DNA of 64,000 nt from Malassezia furfur (Eukaryota): the NCBI GenBank assembly GCA_052055015.1, contig JBQJIT010000005.1; one strand, 5' to 3'. A program made the translations under genes and the position numbers. The notes beneath the pieces were generated by a model that was not told the origin of the DNA, searched no databases, and saw only the letters and a list, made by a program, of their open reading frames with translations. Shown here piece by piece: positions 37,341 through 48,404 of the stretch; position 1 is the first letter of the stretch; each line of letters opens with the position of its first letter.

Positions 37341-38434
37341 GGCAGTGGTCTGTGGGGTTGGTAGGTCGGTACGTTTTGCTTTGTATGAAGTTCGCAAAAA
37401 TGTGTTTCTTCCCACACCTGCGTCCCAACGGAGAGCGGTAATTGTTATTGGTCTGCTTATGCCTGGCATTGGTGTGTCAATGCTTCCAGCCCTGCTCTTG
37501 CTATCTAATTTGATTGGTGGATCAGCGCGTTTTGGTCGAATTGTGGGGTCAATCCGCATATCCTGAGGTATTCGGCCGATAATTCCCTCCCGTTCGTGCT
37601 TCTTCCGTCGTGTCCCGCACGCGGATTTTTAAAATCTGGGCGTGCGCAGTCGACTAAGCGGGGCCATCGGGCCCCACTGCGTCGCGCGCCGCGTCGCGCA
37701 GACGCCGCGCCGCTTGACCCATAAGCAATTATTTCCGCAGCCAAGACTGGCCCCAATATTTGATTCCTCGGCGCGATGCGATTCTGTGCTGAGGCGAAAC
37801 TGCGTTGCCCAGATCTATCAGACTACGTAATCGCGCACACATGCGTCCGCACACTGCATTAGTAAATCGTTCGCAAAACACCGCTGCCGGTCTTGGAGGT
37901 GGTGCTCAGTGATGAAGATGTTGTTTGGCTGTACTTCATTGGTCGATCATCAAAGTGATACAGTTTGGGGCGACACTTTGTGCACATCCTAGCGTAGACG
38001 CAAAGTCTCCCACGAGACAAGACCGGCAGGTAGCCTGTACGCACCTAGTTAAACAACCTGACCGTGCAGAAATATTGGTCCTGTGCCCATTCCGCACTCC
38101 TGCGAGGCGGTCAGGCAAAGCCTGTATCTGAACACATGACCCAGATGAAGGCGTACCTAGGGCGATCTCAACTGCCATCCGTCGCTCTATCCCAAAGGGG
38201 AGCGGCAGGAGTGCAGGAAATGCCCTAGATACACCCACACCTGCCCACCTATCGGTGGGGTTTTCGTCTTGGAGACGGGAACGCGGACGTCGGTACGGAT
38301 CGCCGGGCCCGAACTTTGAGTCTGCGGTGTGAGGAAAGGCAGCGCACCTCCGTGGATTATGTTCAAAGAGAAGCGAAGAATTTCTGCCGACGAGGATTTT
38401 GGCGCGCGGTTAGTCAGCACCGTACCGCACCACC

Positions 38435-39133
38435 ATGTCGCGCGAGATGGAGCGCAACCAGGATGCGACGTGCTACGTCGGCAACTTGGACGAGCGAGTC
38501 ACCGACGAGCTCATGTGGGAGCTTATGTACCAAGCTGGCCAAGTGGTACATGTGTATATGCCGAAAGACCGCGTGTCACAGCTACATCAAGGCTTTGCAT
38601 TTGCTGAGTTCCACAACGAGGTGGATGCGCAGTACGCGTGTCTCATCCTGAACGGCATCAAGCTCTTTGGCAAGCCGATCCGTGTAAATATGGCTGCTGC
38701 GGATACGAAGCAACCGTTGGACATTGGTGCCAACTTGTTCGTGGGGAATCTGGACGCGAGTGTGGACGAGCGAATGCTGTACGATACCTTCCACGCCTTT
38801 GGAACCATCCTGGGGACTCCAAAAATCGCACACGACAGTGTAACGAACGAGTCCAAGAACCACGGCTTCGTATCGTTTGACTCGTTCGAAGCATCCGACG
38901 CGGCGATCGAGGCACTCAACAATCAATTCCTAGTGAATCGCCCTATGACGGTCGCGTATGCGATCAAGAAAGACGCGCGGCATGGCGAGCGGCACGGCAC
39001 CGAGGCCGAGCGTCTGGTGGCTGCCCAGGCACGGAAGAACCAGGTGCTGGGCACACTCCACCAGGCCAATGGCTCGTACGCGCAGCCGACGCCCGCGTGG
39101 GCCGGCGAGATTTTTGCGCCGCCGAGCTCGTAG
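38435..39133 (+). CDS. HSH49: Splicing factor SF3B4/Hsh49 (two RRMs)
   Basis: [36 protein letters not shown]. Confidence 0.93.
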   Translation: MSREMERNQDATCYVGNLDERVTDELMWELMYQAGQVVHVYMPKDRVSQLHQGFAFAEFHNEVDAQYACLILNGIKLFGKPIRVNMAAADTKQPLDIGANLFVGNLDASVDERMLYDTFHAFGTILGTPKIAHDSVTNESKNHGFVSFDSFEASDAAIEALNNQFLVNRPMTVAYAIKKDARHGERHGTEAERLVAAQARKNQVLGTLHQANGSYAQPTPAWAGEIFAPPSS

Positions 39134-39308
39134 CAGATACCCCGTAGGATTTAAGCGCAGACCTACCAGGCCAACCTAACATGCATGCCGAGCCGCCGGC
39201 CGCCCGCCTCCTGCTGTCTTCGACCACGCGGCGTCCGAGGCGTGCTGCGTGTCGCTGGCGAGGCTTGTAAGGCAGCTCTGTGCGAAACGAAACGCGCGGC
39301 TAGGAAGT

Positions 39309-40937
39309 ATGGCCGGCCACACATTCCTTATGCGCTTCGTGCTCGTGTGTGTGCTCGCTGTGCTCCCCGCGTGGGTGCTCGGCTCGGAAGGTGACCGTTC
39401 CCCCAAGTTTCAGCGGTGCGTCGCGTCGTGCGTCACCGACACCTGCCGGAACCACCGTCCTCTGCCGTTCACAGACGACACGATTGTGCCGTCTGACCCT
39501 CTGCCGTGGTACTTGGTGCTCACAGGCTGGACGTGTGAGTCGAACTGTGCGTACCACTGCACGCACCGCATCACCAACGAGGCACACAAGCGTGTGCGCG
39601 AAATCCGCGCCAATGTATACGACACTCTGCGCGCCGAGCAGGATGCACTGCGTGCGCAGCACGAGCGATGGAACAGTCAGCTCGCATGGCGCGACGCAGG
39701 CCAAACACTTGACCCGGCGTGTGAGGGCGAGGCGTTTGCTGACAAGGATGGCGTCTGTGTCCCGCTGATGCTTGCCGCACCCGAGCCGCTCTGGCCCGAG
39801 AGCACGATCCGCCAGGTGGCTGAGGAGCGCATCCAAAAGCAGCTCGAGTGGCTCCCACGCATCGACAAGCAGACCGTGCAGTTCTACGGCAAGTGGGCTC
39901 AGCTCCGGGTGCTTGGCATGCAGGAGCCATTCTCGGTGCTGTTCTCGCTATTGAACCTCACGGTGCACGTGTATGCTCTGTGCTACCTCCTTCGCGAGCA
40001 AATGCCGAGCACCTTTCCGTTGAAGACGACCTACCTGCGCCATACGCGGATCAGCATCGTCGCGTGGGCCGCCAGTGCCCTCTTCCACACGCGGGACCTA
40101 TGGTGGACGGAGCGTTTGGACTACTTTATGGCAGCGGCCGTTCTTCTTTCTGGTCTGTTCTTCACGGGGTGCCGCATCGCCTACATCCTCCCAGGCACCC
40201 AGACCTACCAGCGCTGGCTTGCCGTGTGTGTGGGCGCATGGGTGCTGCATGTGCTCTACCTCTTGTCGAGTTGGCGCCTTGACTACTCGTACAACATGGT
40301 TGTGTGCACCGCCGTCGGTATTCTGCACAACCTTGTGTGGCTCGCCGCGGCGTTTGCGCCGCACCTCGTGCATTCGTTGGCGCTGCGCATCGTCGGCCAC
40401 GAGCATGCCGAGGCGCTGCTCAAGGACAAGGGAAGCGAGGCGCACATGGCCTCGCGCGCGGCGACGCACTTCGTGCCGTACTTCTCTGACGCGCAGCGCC
40501 GGCGGCTCGTTTTGCTGGTGCTCGTGATGTTTGTGGTACCTGGCCTTGAATTGTTCGACTTTCCGCCCGTGCTGCGCCTGATCGATGCACACGCACTGTG
40601 GCATTTGTCGACGGCGCCCGCCTCGCTGTACTGGTACCAGTGGCTCACCGCCGATGCGCATGAGTGCGTCGTCCGCGGCTGGAAGCTGGACCTGCATGCG
40701 GACGAGGTGGTCGAGGTCGATGACCTGCGCACCACCGAGCGACACAGCGTGCTCCCTGCTCCGGGCGTCTCGCCGATCAAGGCGCACGCCGGCGACACGG
40801 CGCTGTCCGCGACGCCCGCCTCCCCGGCGGCCGTCGACGAGCTGCTTGCGCAGGTGCGCCGTGGCCTGCACGTGTACAGCGCGTGGGCCCAGGACGCGTT
40901 CCACCGGTTGCGAGCGTTGCTCATCACGCAAACCTGA
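39309..40937 (+). CDS. PER1: GPI remodelling protein Per1/PGAP3
   Basis: Signal peptide, SEGDRS..F..CV..C, QFYGKW, GMQEPFSVLFS, FHTRD, TERLDY, IDAHALWH. Confidence 0.9.
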   Translation: MAGHTFLMRFVLVCVLAVLPAWVLGSEGDRSPKFQRCVASCVTDTCRNHRPLPFTDDTIVPSDPLPWYLVLTGWTCESNCAYHCTHRITNEAHKRVREIRANVYDTLRAEQDALRAQHERWNSQLAWRDAGQTLDPACEGEAFADKDGVCVPLMLAAPEPLWPESTIRQVAEERIQKQLEWLPRIDKQTVQFYGKWAQLRVLGMQEPFSVLFSLLNLTVHVYALCYLLREQMPSTFPLKTTYLRHTRISIVAWAASALFHTRDLWWTERLDYFMAAAVLLSGLFFTGCRIAYILPGTQTYQRWLAVCVGAWVLHVLYLLSSWRLDYSYNMVVCTAVGILHNLVWLAAAFAPHLVHSLALRIVGHEHAEALLKDKGSEAHMASRAATHFVPYFSDAQRRRLVLLVLVMFVVPGLELFDFPPVLRLIDAHALWHLSTAPASLYWYQWLTADAHECVVRGWKLDLHADEVVEVDDLRTTERHSVLPAPGVSPIKAHAGDTALSATPASPAAVDELLAQVRRGLHVYSAWAQDAFHRLRALLITQT

Positions 40938-40963
40938 GCAGGCGTCTGTATACCAACCATCTT

Positions 40964-41790
40964 CTACATAAAGTCGTCATCGTCGAGCGCCTCGTCTCCA
41001 TAGGCCTCCAGGTCGAATCTGGTCATGAGTCAGGTATGACGTACGTGTTCTTGGCGCTCGATGTGCCCACCTGCTTCGGCTTGGCCTTGGCGGCGGCCAC
41101 CGTCTTGTTGCCGCCCGTGCGCTTCAGCTCCTTGTCCGCCTTGGCCTTGGCCTCGGCAGCATCGCGCAGCTTCGTCGAGCCCTTGCGCATGTCCACATCG
41201 CGCAGGCCGTTCGAGGTGAGCAGCGTGAGGAAGTGCGGGAAAAAGTGCTTGTCAAAGCCCGCACGGCTCGCCTTCGGCTTGACGTACGCCTCGTAGACGT
41301 CGTTGGCATATTTCTCCCACTGCTCCTTGGTAGTCGGCTGCGCCTGCGCAAGCTCCGAGCTGGCGACGGGCGCCGCCGCCTGGGCGGGCGCCGGCTCCTC
41401 GTCGCCCACCTGCACGCCGCCAAAGAGCGCCGCAGCGTTGTCCAGGTCGGACTTGAGCTCGGCCTCGCGCTGCCGGCGCTTGCGCTCCGCCTCGTCGATC
41501 GGGCCATCCCAGTCCTCGAGGCCCGTCTCCTCGCCAGCCACACCGCGGCGGTTGATCTCGGCGCCCTTGCCAAAGTTCTTCTTGGCCTTGCCGGGGCGCA
41601 CCGCAGGCTTCGGTGCGGGCTTCACTGGCGCGGGCTTCGGCTTCTCCTCCTCCTCCGCATCCCAGTCCTCGGGCTCCTCATCCTTATCCTCGTCCTCGAA
41701 CCGACGGCGGCCCACTACGCGCGGCACAGGCTGCACTTCTTCATCGTTCTCTGCTGGTCAGCTCCGCGGCGACGCACCCCAATCGCTCAT
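40964..41790 (-). CDS. HCR1: Translation initiation factor eIF3j
   Basis: MSDW|..EDWDAEEE, ELKSDLDNAAALFG, C-terminal DDDFM; introns 41754-41777 and approx. 41019-41044. Confidence 0.88.
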
Positions 41791-41850
41791 CTTCCAGCGG
41801 AAAAAGTTAAGTGGGACGAAGGCTGAGTCAGCGCGCTTCCTTTCGCACGG

Positions 41851-44800
41851 ATGGCGCCCAGCTGGTCGGCGCTGCGCGCGCCGGTGCGACGCCTATGCAC
41901 CAGCGCGCGCGTCCTCGCACGGCCACAGGCGCCGGACGCAGAGCACACGTATCGTGACACGCTGCACCTCCCACACACGCACTTTAGCCTGCGCGCGCGC
42001 GCGACCGAACGCGAGCCGCTCTTCCGCCCCGCGACCACCACCGACTTGTACCGCTGGCAGCGCGCGCACCTCGGCGGCGATGGGCAGCCCGACTTTGTGC
42101 TACACGACGGGCCGCCGTACGCCAACGGAAGCTTGCACATGGGTACGCTGCGCGCGGCCGCACTGACACAGGCCATGCGCTGAACAAGATGCTCAAAGAC
42201 TTTATTCTGCGCTTCCACGTCCTGCAGGGGCGCCGCGTGCAGTACGTCGACCGCACTCACCCCGCAGCTACATGCCCGGCTGGGACTGTCACGGCCTGCC
42301 GATCGAGCTCAAGGCCGTCGCTGAGGCCGGCGGCCAGGCGCTCGGCGCGACCGACGTTCGCGCGGCGGCCCGCAGCGTCGCGCAGCGCGAAATGCGCGGC
42401 CAGCGCGCCGCGTTCCAGGACTACGCGATCATGGCTGACTGGGACGAGGCACACACGTACCGCACGATGGATCTCGCGTACGAGATGACGCAGCTCGAAA
42501 TCTTTGCCAAGATGGTCGGCCAGGGCCTCATCGAGCAGCATTACCGCCCCGTGTACTGGTCGCCGTCATCGCACACAGCGCTGGCCGAGGCAGAGATTGA
42601 GTACGACGAAAAGCACCGCAGCCGCAGTGCTTACCTTCGCTTCCGCCTCGAGCCGCACGACGCCCTTGCCCGCACGCTGGGGGTAGACGCGCCGGTGCAC
42701 CTGGCAGTGTGGACCACCACACCCTGGTCGCTGCTGGGCAACATGGCGCTTGCCGTGCACCCCGATGCGGAGTATGCGGTGGTGCGCTGTGAGAACGGCG
42801 AGCTGCTGCTTGTCGCCAGTGAGCTGCAGGCCGCACTCGCCGACGTCCCACTAGGCATGGCGGCGCGCGGCGAACGCACGCGCCTGGGCGCCACGCAGCG
42901 CGTCGCGACGTGCATGGGTGCAGACCTCGTGGGGGCCGCGTACACCTTTGGGCTCATGGCGCCTGGCGAGGTGCGCGAGATTGTGGCCGCGCCGTTTGTG
43001 ACCACCTCGTCGGGCACCGGCGTCGTGCACATTGCGCCCGCGCACGGCCACGAGGACTACGAGCTGTGGGTGCAATCTGGCCGTCTCGCCGAGCGCGGCG
43101 TCGTGTCGCCGATCGACGACCACGGGCGCATGCGCATCCCCGAGGCGATGGGCACGTCGGATGCGCTCCAGGCGGCGCTCGCACAGCTGGACGGGCAGGA
43201 GGCGCTCGGCGAGGGTAACGCGGCGATGGTGCGCCTCTTGCATGAGCACGGCATGCTCCTGGGCGAGCAGCCGTACCGACACTCGTACCCGATCGACTGG
43301 CGCACCAAGAAGCCGCTGCTCGTGCGCGCTACGGCGCAGTGGTTTGCGGATTTGTCCGACGTGGGCCCTGCGGCACAGCGCGCGCTGGACGACGTGCACT
43401 TTGTGCCAGCCACTGGGCGCAACCGGCTCAAGAGCCTCGTCGGGCGGCGCTCGGAGTGGTGCATCTCGCGGCAACGCGCGTGGGGCGTACCGCTCCCGGC
43501 CGTGTACAACGCCGAGACGGGCGAGGCACTGCTGACCGAGGCCAATGTGCGTCACATCCTCGGTGTGTTTGCCGAGCACCAGACCACCGACGTCTGGTGG
43601 ACGCTGCCTGCCGAGACGTTTGTCGCGCCGGCCTACCGCACGCCGGGCGCCCGATGGGAGCTTCATCACGACACGCTCGATGTCTGGTTCGACTCGGGCT
43701 CGTCGTGGGCGACGCTGCAAAAGGCACGCGGCCACGAGTTGTGCACACCGGGCGCATGTGCCGGCGTCTACATCGAGGGCACCGACCAGCACCGCGGCTG
43801 GTTCCAGTCGTCGCTGCTGACGCGTGTCGCGACGTGCGACGGCGCAGCGCCCTATGCCCACCTGCTCACGCACGGCTTCGTTGTCGACGAGGCCGGCCGC
43901 AAAATGTCCAAGTCGCTCGGCAACGTCGTCACGCCCGATACGTTCCTGTTCGGCGACGCGAAAAAGGGCGTCGCGCCGCTCGGCACCGACGTGCTGCGCT
44001 GGTGGGCCGCCAAGACGGACTACACGCGCGACATTCCCATTAGCCCGCTGATCATGAAGCACGCGAGCGACGAGGTGCGCAAGCTGCGCAACTCGGCGCG
44101 CTTCCTCCTCGCGAACCTCGGCGGTGTGCCGCGCGGCGTCGCTCTGCCGGCGGAGCGCACGCTGATCGACCGCTACGTTTTGCACGAGCTGTACGTGCTC
44201 GAGATGGCGTGCCGCGACGCCTACGCCCAGTACGACTTTGCTAAGGGTACGTCGCCTTGCTGACCCAGTGTCGCGCCGGCTCAACGAGTTTGTCACGACA
44301 ACGCTCTCGGCGCTGTACCTCGACGTCGCCAAGGACCCTCTGTACGCCGGCGGCGTGCGCAGCGACGCCATCCGCGCGGTGCTCGACCGGATCCTGTCGA
44401 CGCTCACGAGCCTCTTGGCGCCCATTTTGCCGCACCTCGCCGAAGACATTCACTGGTACCGCGACGGGCGCACCGCGGACCCGGCGCCGGGCGAGACGGT
44501 CTCCTCGGTGTTCACGCAGGGCTGGCAGCCCGCAGACCCGGCGTGGTACGACCCGCAGGCGGCCGAGGACATGCGGCGCATTCTGCGCATCCGCTCCGAC
44601 GTCTACACGCTGCTGACGCAGTGCAAAAACGAGCAGTACGTCGCACCCGCCTCACCCAGACTGGTCAAGTCCGCGCCCGAGTGCGCCGTCGACCTGCTCG
44701 TATCCGACGACGAGGCAGCGTTCCTTGCACCCTACCTCGACGAACTCGCCGACGTCCTACTGGTCGCGTCGGTGTGCCTACACACCGACGTGGCTTCCGT

Positions 44801-44954
44801 CGAGACGCAGCCCGCGGCGTGGCGGCGCTCGCTGCCGCACGGCGGTGTGTCACTGCGTCCGTCGCCGCTGGAAAAGTGCCCGCGGTGCTGGAAGCACCAG
44901 CGTGCGCCTTCCGAACCGCTGTGCATGCGGTGCCACGCGGTGCTGAACTGCTAG
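41851..44954 (+). CDS. ISM1: Mitochondrial isoleucyl-tRNA synthetase
   Basis: HDGPPYANGSLHMG, PGWDCHGLPIE, WTTTPW, WCISRQR, KMSKS, C-terminal zinc finger; introns approx. 42143-42171, 42242-42267, 44247-44268 and 44636-44659. Confidence 0.92.
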
Positions 44955-44963
44955 GCTGTGCAC

Positions 44964-46220
44964 TTAGACCTTCTCAAACGCAAAGCCTATGTACAGCGTA
45001 CACACGTCCCATAGCTCCGGCGGCATCGCCGGCGTCACCACGCCCGTCCGCGCGACCTCCTCGGCGTCGATTACGCGCATACGCTCGAGCAGGGAACGCA
45101 ACTGGGGGCGCGCATAACCATCGGCAAGCACCTGGTCAAAGCGCGCCTTGTACAGCAGCCGCAGCCCGTACTCGTTGGCGAGGCGCTCGAGCGTCGGCCA
45201 GTCCACCACGTACTCGGCCACGTCGTCCACCGCATCTTCGAGCCAGAAGCGGTACTTGTTCCCGAACGGCTTCTCACCCGGCGCGTACCGGTGCTCAAAC
45301 TCGATACGGTAGTTGTCGTTGCCAAACGCCAGCGCGTCCGCATCGTCCAGCGCCTCCAGACGCGCCAGAAGCGTGTCGGCATCGAGCGTCGTCCCGAGAA
45401 ACGTGCCGCCGAGGCGCAGGTGCTTGGTGGCATTCTCGAGCATCATGCGCGCGTGCTCCTCCGTGTCCCAGCCATAGTGCATGCAAAACTGCATCGTGAC
45501 CGTGTCAAACTGTGGCTCGAGCATCTCCTCGGGGACGTGGTACGCCAGCGGCTCGCGGAAACAATCAAACGCAAAAAACGCCGCAGGCCACTTGAAGTGG
45601 CCCGCATCGTAGCGCTGCTGTGCCTGCGCCACAGACACCTCGGCAATGTCGATCATGACCATCAGCGACGGGTGCTGCCGGTCCCACTTGAGCAGGTCAC
45701 CGCCTTTGCCGCACCCCATGTCGAGCACACGCGCATTCCCTTTGGCATCGCGTGCGGGGCGCGCATACATGGCGATCAGACCCGACTTGATCCAGTTGTT
45801 GAAGCGCTTGAGCGGCAGGATCGGCGACGCCTCACGCGCCTCGCGGCCGACATCGCGTCGCTTGTTGTAGTGGTCAGCGACCGCGTCGCTGTTGTCCATC
45901 GCGTGCTTGTGCGGACGCACGCGGCCGACGCGCGGCATCTCGTCCGGACGATCGAGGTACCGCATGGGGTTTTGGGAGTTCGCCTTGACCTCGTCGATTT
46001 CCGCCTGCGTGATCGGCCGCAGGACTGAGTCAGGCTGGCTCCAGCGGTACTTGGGGCGGTAGGGGATCGGCTTGGTATTGGCGGGCGCCGCCGCGCTGGG
46101 CTCGCCGGTGGGCGCAGAGGTGGGCACACTTGCGCCGGGTGCCTCCCTGTCCGCCTCGGGTGCCTCGTTCGGCGGGGCATCTGCGCCGCGCGTATCCCGT
46201 ACGGGGTCGTAGCCGGGCAT
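44964..46220 (-). CDS. ABD1: mRNA cap guanine-N7 methyltransferase
   Basis: FNNWIKS, VLDMGCGKGGDLLKW, QFCMHY, FAFEKV; start taken as MPGYDPVRD (alternative ATG at 46295). Confidence 0.92.
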   Translation of the reverse strand: MPGYDPVRDTRGADAPPNEAPEADREAPGASVPTSAPTGEPSAAAPANTKPIPYRPKYRWSQPDSVLRPITQAEIDEVKANSQNPMRYLDRPDEMPRVGRVRPHKHAMDNSDAVADHYNKRRDVGREAREASPILPLKRFNNWIKSGLIAMYARPARDAKGNARVLDMGCGKGGDLLKWDRQHPSLMVMIDIAEVSVAQAQQRYDAGHFKWPAAFFAFDCFREPLAYHVPEEMLEPQFDTVTMQFCMHYGWDTEEHARMMLENATKHLRLGGTFLGTTLDADTLLARLEALDDADALAFGNDNYRIEFEHRYAPGEKPFGNKYRFWLEDAVDDVAEYVVDWPTLERLANEYGLRLLYKARFDQVLADGYARPQLRSLLERMRVIDAEEVARTGVVTPAMPPELWDVCTLYIGFAFEKV

Positions 46221-46310
46221 GTGCTGGTGCGGGGTGTGGAGCGCCGCGTTCCACCGTGGCTTTGTCGTGCCCGATGGCCCGATGCGTTGCGCCATGACGT
46301 GGAGGGCCGC

Positions 46311-48404
46311 ATGAACGAAGAAGACTACCGCGACGCGACGCACGCGTTTTGGGACGCCGTGCAGGGTACGTGGGCGTATACTGACCCAGGCCTCGCGCCC
46401 GAGCAGGTGGTTGCCTCCCAGGGCTTCACACTCCAGCGGCTCATGCACGCGCTCGAGGTGATGGACCCGACCATGGACGGCGGCATGGACTATCCCCCCG
46501 CCCTCATCGATGCACGCGACCGCGTGCACGCACCGCGCGACATGCCCGCACAGCTCAGTGTGACAGAGCTGTGTTTTGTGCTTGACCGCCTCTTTGCGCT
46601 CGAGATGGAGTGGATGCACGGCGCTGCGCTCGGGCAGACGCTGTACACCTGTGTCTACTACCACCGCTACGTGGTGCACCGCACGCCGGCCTCGCCCCAC
46701 TGGACGCACGTATCGCTCACCGCATTCTTGTTGGCGACGGCCAAGTGTTGTGCGCTGCAGTACCACGAGCTCATGCGGCAGCATGTTCTGGACGGCGAAG
46801 ACTTTTGCGGCGATCCCGGCGGCCTGGCGCTTCCGGACGGCGTCGCGGTCGCCGACGTTGCCGCCCAGCTCGATATAGCGATGAAGGTGGCTGAAGCGAG
46901 GGAGGAAGACGGTGCGCGCGGAGTGCACACGCGCCTTGCGATGAAAAAGGCATGGCTCTTGTGCCTCGCGGCGCTCTGCACCGCCGCACCGGACGGCACG
47001 CGCGCCGAGCTACAGCGCGAGCGGTGCATGCGGTTCTGGGGGATGCTGGAGCCGGAAACCGACGCAACGCTGCCGCTTCAGTCGCCGTTCCTTGCTGATG
47101 CACCCTCGACTGTGCAGGGCCTGTTTGATGTGACGCTGAGTCGCACGTATTCCTCCCATATTCCGCTGCGTCCTCTTGCGCCCCAAGACGCGTCGACGAC
47201 GTGGCAGCGGTGGCGCGACGTGCTGTGCACCGACGTCCCAGTTGTTCTGCGCATCGTCGCATCCGACGACGTACTCGCGTGGCTCGGTGTACTGACGCAT
47301 ACGGCGCTCGCCTTTGAGCGGCACGCCCTGATCCCGTTTGTGCGCTCTTTGGCGCAAACGTGCATCAGCGACGGGCGTACCTCCGCCAGTGGCATGCACG
47401 ACCTCGAGCACGTCGCGCTTGCGGCAATCGATAGCGTCGCGGGCATCTCGATGCAAGATGTCCTTGTTCGCCTCGAGTGGGTGCAGCAGCGGTACGCGGG
47501 CTCGCTCGTGGCGACACACACCCAGCGCTTCCTCGAGAAGCTGGCGGGGCTGCTTGTACAGCTGTTGTCGACGCTGCTGATGAACCGCGCGCGACAAAAG
47601 CGCCTCTTTTCCAAGGCTTACGCGGCGTGGGCCGACCTCGCGGATGAGGCGCGGCACATCGGCACCGACGTCCACCACGCCCTGGTGCAGCACGCGTTTT
47701 CGGAGCACACGTTTGAGTACGTCGTGCACTTTTTTGCCCTCGTGCAGCAGACGCACATCATCGGCGCAGGCTTTGATCTCGCGCTGTACGCCGACACGGA
47801 GCGCGGCGCGCAGTATTATCTGCTAGCCGAGACATTCCACGAGCGCGTGGCCAACGCACATGCGCTGCTGGCGCTGCCCGCGCGCTCCGAGGAGATGGGC
47901 GCGCCGCTGCGCCGCTGCGCCGCCGAGTGCGCCGCGCACGCCGAGCTGTGCGCTGCCTATGCCCAGCTGTACCTCGATCTGTACGATACAGCGGTCGCCA
48001 CGGCGGCACCGGGCTCCATGGAGGCCGCTTTCCTGCGGCGCATCAAATGGCTGCGCCGCCCCGCGTGGTCGCCGCCCGCCTCACTGTACGTCACGCGGCC
48101 GGACGCGGAGCCGTGTGCGGGCGCCGCTCTATGGACGGCGTGGACGGCGTACGCATGTGCGCACTCGAGCCCCGAAAAGCGCCGTGCGGCGCTCCAAACG
48201 CACCTCACCGCGTGTGCGCGGCACCTCTCCGAGGCGAATGCGTACCGGCACGACGCCTGGACGCAGCTGTGCCCGTACGAGGCGGCGGCGGCGCTCGACG
48301 ACCTTGCGCACGTGTGCGCACGCCTCGATACCCTGCTGCGTGCGCCGCACGATACCTGGCGACCGGCGCACGGGGCACACGGGCATCCCTGGTTTCCTCG
48401 CTAG
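46311..48404 (+). CDS. MAK10: NatC auxiliary subunit Mak10/NAA35
   Basis: FTLQRLMHALEVMDPTMDGGM, EMEWMHGAALGQTLYTCVY, NRARQKR; probable intron 46366-46389. Confidence 0.85.
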   Translation: MNEEDYRDATHAFWDAVQGTWAYTDPGLAPEQVVASQGFTLQRLMHALEVMDPTMDGGMDYPPALIDARDRVHAPRDMPAQLSVTELCFVLDRLFALEMEWMHGAALGQTLYTCVYYHRYVVHRTPASPHWTHVSLTAFLLATAKCCALQYHELMRQHVLDGEDFCGDPGGLALPDGVAVADVAAQLDIAMKVAEAREEDGARGVHTRLAMKKAWLLCLAALCTAAPDGTRAELQRERCMRFWGMLEPETDATLPLQSPFLADAPSTVQGLFDVTLSRTYSSHIPLRPLAPQDASTTWQRWRDVLCTDVPVVLRIVASDDVLAWLGVLTHTALAFERHALIPFVRSLAQTCISDGRTSASGMHDLEHVALAAIDSVAGISMQDVLVRLEWVQQRYAGSLVATHTQRFLEKLAGLLVQLLSTLLMNRARQKRLFSKAYAAWADLADEARHIGTDVHHALVQHAFSEHTFEYVVHFFALVQQTHIIGAGFDLALYADTERGAQYYLLAETFHERVANAHALLALPARSEEMGAPLRRCAAECAAHAELCAAYAQLYLDLYDTAVATAAPGSMEAAFLRRIKWLRRPAWSPPASLYVTRPDAEPCAGAALWTAWTAYACAHSSPEKRRAALQTHLTACARHLSEANAYRHDAWTQLCPYEAAAALDDLAHVCARLDTLLRAPHDTWRPAHGAHGHPWFPR

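Noticed and set aside
32422..38434. Possible centromere or horizontally acquired island
   Set aside because: The GC drop is modest, there is no strongly AT-rich core, and the region holds intron-containing fungal genes with no mobility genes
41851..44954. Fragmented ORFs suggesting pseudogenes or programmed frameshifts (ISM1, eIF5, MO25, UVRAG, MFS)
   Set aside because: Every break coincides with a consensus micro-intron whose removal restores the frame
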